From a virus: 64,000 nucleotides of DNA. Positions within the stretch are counted from its first letter, which is position 1. Each line of letters starts with the position of its first letter. Where the stretch lies: the IMG/VR virus record IMGVR_UViG_3300042387_002391; one strand, written 5' to 3'. Position numbers and translations under genes: made by a program. This document shows, in pieces, positions 38,439 to 46,764 of the stretch. Below the pieces are notes generated by a model that was not told where the DNA came from, did no database searches, and worked only from the letters and a program-made list of their open reading frames with translations.

Positions 38439-39458
38439 TTAACAAACTAAACTATCATAAACTTCTACAGGCACGTCTGGTGTCAGGCCTCCCTTAACTC
38501 CTTTTACTATTACAGATACAGCGTTGTGACTGTGTAGAGATTCAAGATGAGAGCAAATTGCTTTAAAATCTTTAATTCTCGGATCTGCATCCAATTGTTC
38601 GTGAAGCAACCGAGCTGCGTCCTCAACAAATTTCAAATAAGATCCGTTAGCGATAGCAAAAAACATCTCATCTTCTCGCTTAACCATAACTTGGGTCTCT
38701 GTGCGCAAGGCATTCAGACACATATCCTTTAGGTCTTCAATCCAAACCATGTCTTCAAACTCTACAGTAATTCGAGCTTTGGATCGCTGAGAGTGCGGAA
38801 CGACCAATTTGTTCATTTCTTCCATTGCTTGCAAAGAAAGAGTACTTGAACACGGACAAGCGCTAGAGTATACCATGTCAAAGTGCATGAACTTCTTAAC
38901 TGAACCATCCTCTTTGTGATGAGCCTCCAAAGAGACATTGTAATATTGATAACCTTCTAAGCCGCTTTTCAATGATTTCTGGATAATCGGATAACTAAAA
39001 TTCAAAATAATGTGAGCATCATATGAGCCAAGTTTTTCGCGATATGTTCCGAGAACTTTTTCAAGGAGTTCGATCGAGAATACTTCATCCTTGTATTCAT
39101 AAAACGAACGCATGATGCGAGACATGTTGATGCCTTTCTTTTCTGCTTCTAGCGAAACTGTTCCCGTAACAGAGGTTTCGAGATCATAGGTTAGACCTCC
39201 CTCTTTCCTTTTGAATTTAAGAGGAAGTCTGAAATTGTGAATACCAACTTGATGTATTTTTGTGTGACTTCCTTGAATATTTGCAGAAGGCCCATTCTGG
39301 AGATCTGCCATCGAAGCCTTAAAATCTTCTGTCGCAATAAAATCTTCGTCATATGTCCTGTCAAGAGTCGCATATAGCGTACCTTCCTTGCGATCATATG
39401 GAATAATTTCCGACTTAGTTGAATCTTCTCCTAGCCATTCGTATGTTTTTTCTGTCAT
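38439..39458 (-). CDS. folE2: GTP cyclohydrolase IB
   Basis: DLQNGP, VGI, KGINMSR, SACPCS, HSQRS, VKREDE, FVEDAAR, ESLHSHNA. Confidence 0.95.
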   Translation of the reverse strand: MTEKTYEWLGEDSTKSEIIPYDRKEGTLYATLDRTYDEDFIATEDFKASMADLQNGPSANIQGSHTKIHQVGIHNFRLPLKFKRKEGGLTYDLETSVTGTVSLEAEKKGINMSRIMRSFYEYKDEVFSIELLEKVLGTYREKLGSYDAHIILNFSYPIIQKSLKSGLEGYQYYNVSLEAHHKEDGSVKKFMHFDMVYSSACPCSSTLSLQAMEEMNKLVVPHSQRSKARITVEFEDMVWIEDLKDMCLNALRTETQVMVKREDEMFFAIANGSYLKFVEDAARLLHEQLDADPRIKDFKAICSHLESLHSHNAVSVIVKGVKGGLTPDVPVEVYDSLVC

Positions 39459-39501
39459 AATTTATGATTGTATAATACTTTTTAAATTCTTCAATAAAAA
39501 A

Positions 39502-39534
39502 TTAACAGCAAAGCTCTTTAAACTTTGCTGTTAA
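39502..39534 (-). terminator. intrinsic terminator after SSB
   Basis: TTAACAGCAAAG/CTTTGCTGTTAA 12-bp stem. Confidence 0.8.
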
Positions 39535-39548
39535 AATCCTTTTAATTT

Positions 39549-40499
39549 TTACAGATCTGCAAGAAGTTTCTTGAGCTTGTCATCTGTTGAATCTTCGGAA
39601 TCGTCTTCACCGTTCTCAGCAGCAAATACTGAAGGCTTCGAAGAAGCTGCTGGTGCTTTTTCACTAATATCAAAGACCTCTTCAACAACGTTTCCGATCT
39701 TCGTAACACTCGAAGGCTTCTCATTACGAATCGGAGCATACTCATCAGAATCATCTTCCGGAGCAGAACCAGTCGTCAAGTTAAAGAAGTGCTCATCAAG
39801 CAAGCGCTGCATCTCGGAAGACGTTGTTTGCTTATTGACTGCTTTAAGATCATGAATAGATCCAAGAATTGCCTCGACGTCAACTTCAATTGTAGAAGCA
39901 GACAAGAACTTCGAAGAAGCATAAGTGACATACTGAGCTTTTCCGCCACGAGCTCCTGTACGGTTTTCACATTTGATGCGTAGAGTGCTTCCGTTCTCAA
40001 CATCAAAGACTTTTTCTACTCCAAACTCATCAGCATCATCGCCCTCCAAGGCGCTTTCAATAATCTTAGCCATTTCCTTACCATAGCGAAGAATCTTAAC
40101 TTTGCCTTCATTCTCCGGATTCTCTGGATCAGAAATAACGAGAACGTTGACCATCCAACCTTCTTTGCGCGAAAGAACCTTTGCTGCTTCTTTCTCGGAT
40201 TCGGTTCCAGTGCGATAAGTCTTCAAGTAGTATGCATCGATCGGACAAGTTTCTCCAAAGGTAGTTGGACAGAGTGCTGTTACAAACTTTCCGGTAGCAA
40301 CAGAATTCCAACCATGGTTATAATAGTGGAAGATTGTCTCTTTCGGAGAGCTGGGATTTGGAAGCAAACGAACTTGATAAGTGTTGCCTGGTGTGAATTT
40401 TAGGATTTCTTTATAAAGGCCATTGCCTCCCTTTTCTTTCTCACCAGAAGAAAGAGATTGCTTGATGGCTTCGAACATGGATTTAGTGTTAATACTCAT
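39549..40499 (-). CDS. single-stranded DNA-binding protein (T4 gp32-like)
   Basis: VRLLP, H, CP..CPI, DPENPENEGKV, Y..SKF, acidic tail LLADL. Confidence 0.9.
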   Translation of the reverse strand: MSINTKSMFEAIKQSLSSGEKEKGGNGLYKEILKFTPGNTYQVRLLPNPSSPKETIFHYYNHGWNSVATGKFVTALCPTTFGETCPIDAYYLKTYRTGTESEKEAAKVLSRKEGWMVNVLVISDPENPENEGKVKILRYGKEMAKIIESALEGDDADEFGVEKVFDVENGSTLRIKCENRTGARGGKAQYVTYASSKFLSASTIEVDVEAILGSIHDLKAVNKQTTSSEMQRLLDEHFFNLTTGSAPEDDSDEYAPIRNEKPSSVTKIGNVVEEVFDISEKAPAASSKPSVFAAENGEDDSEDSTDDKLKKLLADL

Positions 40500-40545
40500 T
40501 TCAAAATTAATCTTACATTATCTCTCAGGACAGTCAACAAAAAGA

Positions 40546-41214
40546 TCAAATTTCTCTTTGCAATTGCTTGTAAACAAACTCTGTGAGTGACGGAATTGCC
40601 TTCTTAACATACGGCCGGAGGATAACAGACTTTGTATAAAGAGCATACAAGGTTTTAAATTGTTCTACAAACTCTCCAATAAAGAATCCTCTAACATCTT
40701 CTGCAAGCGTTTGGACAGATGAATAAACGTCAGGAAACTCCATAACTGTATAGACGTTAATCTTGTTCTCTTTGTAGTGAGCCATCCAAGTAAATGCATC
40801 CGAAGTTTGATGAGACGGATATTGATAAAATTGGATTTTATTCTGAACACAGAAGTTTGCAATAAATCTCAAGGACTCTTTGACTTCTTCAATCTGACTA
40901 TCAGGATCCTGCAAAAATTGTTGCTTCTTGTAGGTTGTATATGCTTTGACAGCACGCATCGTTGAAAAATAATCTAAGCCAAAGTATTCAACGTCCGGAT
41001 AAAGCTTATAAGGAGCCTGGAAAAAGATGTCTGGATTAATTTCTGGATGCTTCTTAAAGAGGATTGAAATACGCTTTAAAAATTTGTGCTTATCTGTATC
41101 AATAATGTCTCCGAAGTCCTTTTTAATTTTAAAGGGTTTGTTTTTTATTGAACGCGATACGATCAGGTGTTTATTATAAAGAGTTTTTTCTAGCTCGGTG
41201 ATTGGGCTTTGCAT
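40546..41214 (-). CDS. conserved protein upstream of gp32 (possible gp59-like helicase loader)
   Basis: size and synteny only. Confidence 0.4.
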   Translation of the reverse strand: MQSPITELEKTLYNKHLIVSRSIKNKPFKIKKDFGDIIDTDKHKFLKRISILFKKHPEINPDIFFQAPYKLYPDVEYFGLDYFSTMRAVKAYTTYKKQQFLQDPDSQIEEVKESLRFIANFCVQNKIQFYQYPSHQTSDAFTWMAHYKENKINVYTVMEFPDVYSSVQTLAEDVRGFFIGEFVEQFKTLYALYTKSVILRPYVKKAIPSLTEFVYKQLQREI

Positions 41215-41337
41215 TGATCTTTTGAACGATTGATTTGATTACCTTTGATTTTACTAAAAATTTTCATGATATCAAATTTTTGGAGCTACTCTTGTTTCCT
41301 TATCTTCTGAGCCCCGTTAAACAATTTTTTTTGAGCA

Positions 41338-41703
41338 TTAATTTTTAGGGCGCTGAGTCGATTTTTTAGCATTATGGATCCGACGAACAGTTGATTTGGT
41401 TACTTTGCTCTTCACAAGTGACGGATTCAAATACAACATCGACAGCAAAGCATCTCGAAAATTATTTGAAGAAGTAATCTCAGCAAAGAACTCTTGATAA
41501 CTTTTATTTTCCAAAAGAAGCGCAAAAAATGCAGCAGTATTCAACTTCTTGTTCTCAATCATGGAAATCATCGAACCAGCTTTTAGCATTCCATCAATGA
41601 ATTCTTTTGAAAGCATCTGATCAACTGGTGATGCTTTTGAATTCTCAATGTCAGAAAAGATGGTTGGTGCCATCTCTTTAATTACTGGGGGACAATAAAA
41701 CAT
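41338..41703 (-). CDS. hypothetical protein C (full copy)
   Basis: near-identical 5' part to 43139..43342. Confidence 0.7.
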   Translation of the reverse strand: MFYCPPVIKEMAPTIFSDIENSKASPVDQMLSKEFIDGMLKAGSMISMIENKKLNTAAFFALLLENKSYQEFFAEITSSNNFRDALLSMLYLNPSLVKSKVTKSTVRRIHNAKKSTQRPKN

Positions 41704-41714
41704 TCAACTCGTAC

Positions 41715-42479
41715 TTAATTGCTGTGCTTTAATTGTTTTGCAAATTTTTGATAAAACTCTTTCTCTTTTGAATTATTTGAAAAGACGAAAGCGAAATCTT
41801 CTAAAGAGTCATGCTTCAAAATTAATTCTTTCACAACCCAATAAAATTCATAAAATGATATTTTGTCATGCAAAAGTTCTTCGCAATAAATATACTTTGA
41901 AGGTTTCTCCGAAAGGTTTAAAATTGCTTCTTTTTGTGAGTCGAATTCAAATGGATCGACAGTGAAGAACAAAGCACAAAAATTATTTTGGAAAATTATT
42001 CTAGTACATGCTGAGTTTTCTTCTGTATTTTTAGTAAAGTCAAAGTAATTTGCAATAAGCCAACAAAAATCAGCATTCTTTACATCTCCGTCTTCTTTTA
42101 AGAATTTCTGAAAAGCTTCTCGCTCTTTTGTAATTTTTTCAAAAACTTCTTTTAAAATTTTTGACTTACAACAAAAGATTGTGCAAAATCGACCAACTCC
42201 TGAAGAAGGCTGCGTCACGAGTTTTAAATTATACTCAGCGTATTTTTTAACAATTTGCTTCGCAATTTCTAAATCATCTTCAACAAGAATCGAATCAATC
42301 TGCAAATTAAAAAGGTCCTTCAAATCTTTCTCTGAAACACCGTCATCTTCAAACCACACAACATTGACTTCACGAATTTGTTTAATTTTTTGATGACAAA
42401 TTGCAAAAGTCTGTTCGTCGAGATAAGAACAAAAGCTATCAAAAACTTGTAGTCCAGTTTGTTTGTTAATTTTCATCAA
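41715..42479 (-). CDS. hypothetical protein B' (partner of A')
   Basis: C-terminus FAFVFSNNSKEKEFYQKF shared with 43354..44106. Confidence 0.75.
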   Translation of the reverse strand: MMKINKQTGLQVFDSFCSYLDEQTFAICHQKIKQIREVNVVWFEDDGVSEKDLKDLFNLQIDSILVEDDLEIAKQIVKKYAEYNLKLVTQPSSGVGRFCTIFCCKSKILKEVFEKITKEREAFQKFLKEDGDVKNADFCWLIANYFDFTKNTEENSACTRIIFQNNFCALFFTVDPFEFDSQKEAILNLSEKPSKYIYCEELLHDKISFYEFYWVVKELILKHDSLEDFAFVFSNNSKEKEFYQKFAKQLKHSN

Positions 42480-43128
42480 ATGTTATTTTGAACAATTTTT
42501 TGGAAGCTATAGAAGCAGACCCTCTTTTATATTGCTTCTTGTTGAGCGGGTCATTTACTAAGTGATCTTCAAATGTTTCTGGTTCAAAATTTGTTGTGCG
42601 TTGTTTTGAAAGGCTCTCTACTTTGAATCCTCTTTCTAAAGCTTGATTGAGAATTTGTTGCCAAAAGTCTTTGCCGTCACTGTTACAAGAAGGTCCTGAT
42701 GTCAAAAACGGAAAGAATTTGGGCAAATAATCCAAGACAATACTTCTGGTTAACCCGACATTCTCTTTCGTTTTTAATTGACTGACAGATTCTAAGATAT
42801 AGTTTGTGCTAACTATTGGAGGTTTTTTGCTTTTAACAAAGAAATATTCAGTTGTTTTTTCTTCAAAAATAACAACTCTGCTTTGATTTTTGTCGTCTTT
42901 TATAAAATTAAAAATAAAAACTTTTTTGTATGCTTCAGAAGTTTCATTTAAAAAAACTTCGTGGTTTATAAAGTTTTCTAACCTTTTGCCTATCTTTTTA
43001 ATTTTGACGAGGTCTTGATTTTTTTCTACGTCATAATCTTCCTTTAATTTTTCGTCAGGAAAATAATCTGGAGCCTCTAAAACTAAGCTCTTTTCTACTT
43101 CTTCAACGAGTGTGTCAAATTTGTTCAT
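42466..43128 (-). CDS. protein A', GNAT-like, with putative capsid-targeting leader
   Basis: MNKFDTLVEEVEKSLVLEA; GLTRSIVLDYL..TSG..NSDGKDFW. Confidence 0.6.
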   Translation of the reverse strand: MNKFDTLVEEVEKSLVLEAPDYFPDEKLKEDYDVEKNQDLVKIKKIGKRLENFINHEVFLNETSEAYKKVFIFNFIKDDKNQSRVVIFEEKTTEYFFVKSKKPPIVSTNYILESVSQLKTKENVGLTRSIVLDYLPKFFPFLTSGPSCNSDGKDFWQQILNQALERGFKVESLSKQRTTNFEPETFEDHLVNDPLNKKQYKRGSASIASKKLFKITFDEN

Positions 43129-43138
43129 AGATCATTAA

Positions 43139-43342
43139 TCAATGAGTTTCAGCAAAGAATTCTTGATAACTTTTATTTTCCAAAAGAAGTGCAAAAAATG
43201 CAACAGTATTTATCTTCTCGTTTTCAATCATGAAAATCATCGAACCAGCTTTCAGCATTCCATCAATGAATTCTTTTGAATTTTCAAGGTCGGAAAAGAT
43301 GGTTGGAGCCATCTCTTTAATTACTAGGGGACAATAAAACAT
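43139..43342 (-). pseudogene. truncated copy of gene C with 30-bp internal deletion
   Basis: deletion between CTTTTGA microrepeats; lacks C-terminal part. Confidence 0.7.
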
Positions 43343-43353
43343 TCAACTCACGC

Positions 43354-44106
43354 TTATTTCTTGCCCTTCAATTGCTTGCTAAATTTTTGATAAAACTCTT
43401 TCTCTTTTGAATTATTTGGAAAAACAAAAGCAAACTCTTCTAAAGGACGTTTGTTCATCACAGAGGTCAAAAAACAAGCAAAGTGATAAAAATTAATTTG
43501 ATTATGCAGAACTTGGTCGCAACAAACAAAACTCTTCGGTTCTTCTGAACATTTTAGAACATACTGATCATCAAAAACGTTTTCACAATTACTTCTGATG
43601 CTCGATACAGCATGGACGCTGTTATCAAAAATCACATAACAATGTTCTAAACCATCTTCCCAAAAGCGATTAAAAAAGCTAATTGCACAACGAATGTGTG
43701 ATCTATTAAGCACGTCTGCTTCACCATCTAGAAGAAATTGTTTGTATGCTTCTCGTGCTTTGTCATATTCTGTAAACAATTGTTTGAAAAGCGAAGTATT
43801 ACAGCAAAAAATTGCATATCCATCAGACCAAAAAAATTCCGGATATTCAATAACTCTTAAAGGAAATTTTTGATATTTTTTTAAAAAACTATCTAACGTT
43901 TGTTTGTCTTTGGATTCAATCAAAACAATCGAATCCAAAGTTTGCTCAAAAATTTCCTCAACGTCCTCTTCGAGGTCTGAAATTGATTTGAAGTAAAATT
44001 CCAGAGCAGGATCAAGTTTGCCCTCAGTAAAATAATTCAAGAGAACGTCAGAACAATTTTGAAACATTTGACGTGCAAAAGGATAACTTTGTTTCTCAAG
44101 CAACAT
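43354..44106 (-). CDS. hypothetical protein B (partner of A)
   Basis: paralog of 41715..42479. Confidence 0.75.
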   Translation of the reverse strand: MLLEKQSYPFARQMFQNCSDVLLNYFTEGKLDPALEFYFKSISDLEEDVEEIFEQTLDSIVLIESKDKQTLDSFLKKYQKFPLRVIEYPEFFWSDGYAIFCCNTSLFKQLFTEYDKAREAYKQFLLDGEADVLNRSHIRCAISFFNRFWEDGLEHCYVIFDNSVHAVSSIRSNCENVFDDQYVLKCSEEPKSFVCCDQVLHNQINFYHFACFLTSVMNKRPLEEFAFVFPNNSKEKEFYQKFSKQLKGKK

Positions 44107-44770
44107 TTTTAAATATAATTTTGAAGTATTTGCGTCCTGCTAAAGTTTTGTTGGAAACGTGAGACAGTTCCGCTGGATCGATGACACGGTCGCTCAACCA
44201 GTATTTTTCAAAATCGTTTGGTTTAAAACCATGTTCTTCTTTATTTAGAGAACCTACTACTTTAAACCCCTTCTCTAGAGCTCCTCTAAGAAGCTTTTCC
44301 CAGAAAGGCCTTCCGAAACGATTAGCATCTTGTCCTGAGGTAAAACTTGGAAATAATTTAGAAAGATAGTTTAAAACAATTTTTCTAGCAAGTCCTAAAT
44401 TTTGCTCTTCGTGCCTTTGATCAGCTGAGTAAAGAACAAATTCATCGGTCGTACCGACAGGACGTTTTCCTATGCTTACAGGAGGATTAATGTGTTTTGT
44501 ATGATAGATTTTGACCATGCACTCGCATTGATTATTTTCGAAAAAGCAAAAAATATAATGTTTCATTCGTTCAGTAATATTTCTTTCCAAAACATATACT
44601 TCAAGACCTTCAAAATCTTCAAGCTTCTTTCCGCGTTCTTTTGCTTCAGCAACGTCCTCAGAATGAGCAACAGTATGCTCATCCGCAAGAACAGCATTTT
44701 CGTGATAATCTGGAGCTTCTGTCATCAAGCTCTTTTCTACTTCTTCAACTAGTGTATCAAATTTTTTCAT
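44096..44770 (-). CDS. protein A, GNAT-like, with putative capsid-targeting leader
   Basis: MKKFDTLVEEVEKSLMTEA; GLARKIVLNYL..TSG..NRFGRPFWEKL. Confidence 0.6.
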   Translation of the reverse strand: MKKFDTLVEEVEKSLMTEAPDYHENAVLADEHTVAHSEDVAEAKERGKKLEDFEGLEVYVLERNITERMKHYIFCFFENNQCECMVKIYHTKHINPPVSIGKRPVGTTDEFVLYSADQRHEEQNLGLARKIVLNYLSKLFPSFTSGQDANRFGRPFWEKLLRGALEKGFKVVGSLNKEEHGFKPNDFEKYWLSDRVIDPAELSHVSNKTLAGRKYFKIIFKNVA

Positions 44771-44776
44771 AACTTA

Positions 44777-45670
44777 TCAATCAACGGGCTTCAACATCTT
44801 CGTGAACTCCATGAACTCTTCTGTTAAATTTCCTCCGGCAGCTGCTTCATGACCTCCACCAGAAGCAATTCTTTGAACAAATTTAGAAACATCTACAGAA
44901 GTGTTGTTTGGGCTTCTGCGCACGGCAATTCTTTTCTGATTAACAATAACAGCAATAGCAACATCAACTTTGTGTTTTGTTATCAAATAATCACAGCATT
45001 CTTGAACATATTTCTCACAAAAGACTGCTCCAACATTTACTGGAACACCGTCAAACTCAACTTTACCAAAGAATGGTTTTAGTTCTCTGAGATGACCACT
45101 CATGTGCTTCTTATATAGCTCAATCGTATTCTGTTTAAATTTATCAAAAGGAACAAAGCCGTTATAATAATCTTCAATAAACGATTCTACTTTGTTTGAC
45201 ATGCAATGATAAACAATATTAAGAGATTCAGAAAGAGGAGTGGCACTTGTATGTGAATCCCAATCATCAGCAAGAGCAATCAAAGTCTTCTGAGCACTAG
45301 AAAGCTCTTTTCCAGCTTTTTTGAAGAACGTATCATAAATCAACTTCGAGCAAGATGTTTCATTATAGATTCTTGCAATTGCTTCTTTGAATGGATAAAT
45401 GTTTGTTTTGTGATGATCGAGAATTATTGTTGTTTTATGATCAATCATTTCTCCAATTTTTGAGACATCTAAATCAGCAAAATATAAGCGATCAACTTTC
45501 TTTTCGAGAGCCATCCATTTATAAAAATCTTCAGAAAGCTTCATCGGAGTTGTTGCGACGTAATCTAGTTTCTTGTTATAAAGCCAGCAAAGAACAAGAT
45601 AACTCACAATGCCATCAAGATCTTTATGAAAGAATACTGTTGCGTTTGAATTAGTCATAAAATTTAACAA
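44777..45670 (-). CDS. DHH family phosphoesterase
   Basis: HKDLDG, AD, LDHH, GGGHEAAAG. Confidence 0.9.
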   Translation of the reverse strand: MLNFMTNSNATVFFHKDLDGIVSYLVLCWLYNKKLDYVATTPMKLSEDFYKWMALEKKVDRLYFADLDVSKIGEMIDHKTTIILDHHKTNIYPFKEAIARIYNETSCSKLIYDTFFKKAGKELSSAQKTLIALADDWDSHTSATPLSESLNIVYHCMSNKVESFIEDYYNGFVPFDKFKQNTIELYKKHMSGHLRELKPFFGKVEFDGVPVNVGAVFCEKYVQECCDYLITKHKVDVAIAVIVNQKRIAVRRSPNNTSVDVSKFVQRIASGGGHEAAAGGNLTEEFMEFTKMLKPVD

Positions 45671-45692
45671 AGAATTTTTATTTAACGGGATA

Positions 45693-46211
45693 TTAAAGTT
45701 TTTTATACAGATCGATCAGTTCCGGATCGTTTGTGAAAATTAAAAAGCTTTTGAGATTACCTTTTGATTGAAAACACTCTTTAAAAGAAAAAGCAGAAAT
45801 AGAAAAATTTAGATCATCTAAAGGCAACTCGACGATCATGATATCTTTTTCATTTTTAACGATCTCACTTTGTTCGAAGAGTCGTGTAATAATATTCACA
45901 AACTCGTCGCGAGAAATTCCATTCTTTTGATCAAATCTTATATTAATAGAAGTTCTATCTTCATTTTTTTGCAAGAATTCATCAAACTGCACATACAACC
46001 GATCTTCTATTGAAATTCTTTCGTCAACGCATTCAATTAAGCTCCGAATATAATCAAAGCTGTAGTTTTTCGATATAGTTATTCGAACAGACGTAGAACT
46101 TTCAAATATTTCGTAACTTTTAAATAACTCTACAATTTGCGAATCTGAAGATCTCTTTATTAATTTCAAAGGTGTTTTTTGAAATGGCTTCTCAGACATC
46201 ATAAGTTTCAA
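45693..46211 (-). CDS. hypothetical protein
   Basis: 172 aa ORF. Confidence 0.7.
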   Translation of the reverse strand: MKLMMSEKPFQKTPLKLIKRSSDSQIVELFKSYEIFESSTSVRITISKNYSFDYIRSLIECVDERISIEDRLYVQFDEFLQKNEDRTSINIRFDQKNGISRDEFVNIITRLFEQSEIVKNEKDIMIVELPLDDLNFSISAFSFKECFQSKGNLKSFLIFTNDPELIDLYKKL

Positions 46212-46764
46212 GAAAGTTAATTAACGGTTCATCTGTCAAAAGCATAATAGAACATATGTCATCATGTTCATATGAATATTGCGACTCTTCTGTGTTGTTG
46301 CTTTCAAATGTTTTAAATGTGTTGTTAGGATTAAATAGATCATAAATAAATTTCGAAAAATTTTGCGAAAGATCACAGTTTCTTAAAACTACAACAAGAT
46401 TGTCTGAAATTATTATATTTTGATCGTGGATCCAATTTTTCAGATAAACCAAAAAAGTCTCTAAAAAGGTTTGTGATAGACTGTAATAATTTTTAATTTC
46501 CAATTCCCACATACAAGGAATCTTGTTATTACTTGTATATAAAATAAATCCAGGGCTATCGTGAGCCGAATTGTCAATATAACTAGTAAAACATCTGCAA
46601 GCTTCTAAACCTCTGTGATAAACCAATCTTGCAAAACTATTTCGGGGATCGTCAATATCTTGCAATCGAAAAAATCCAATAGTCTCTTTACTGTCATCAT
46701 AAATGTCTATAACAATTTCATGAGAAGCATCTTCTACTTTTAACTGGAAAGGCTTACTCTTCAT
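46192..46764 (-). CDS. hypothetical protein
   Basis: 190 aa ORF. Confidence 0.7.
   Translation of the reverse strand: MKSKPFQLKVEDASHEIVIDIYDDSKETIGFFRLQDIDDPRNSFARLVYHRGLEACRCFTSYIDNSAHDSPGFILYTSNNKIPCMWELEIKNYYSLSQTFLETFLVYLKNWIHDQNIIISDNLVVVLRNCDLSQNFSKFIYDLFNPNNTFKTFESNNTEESQYSYEHDDICSIMLLTDEPLINFLETYDV

Larger units (their letters stand above)
41478..44770 (-). repeat. tandem duplication of a ~1.65-kb A-B-C unit with conserved ends
   Basis: 41478-41805 similar to 43148-43445; 43062-43128 similar to 44705-44770. Confidence 0.88.
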
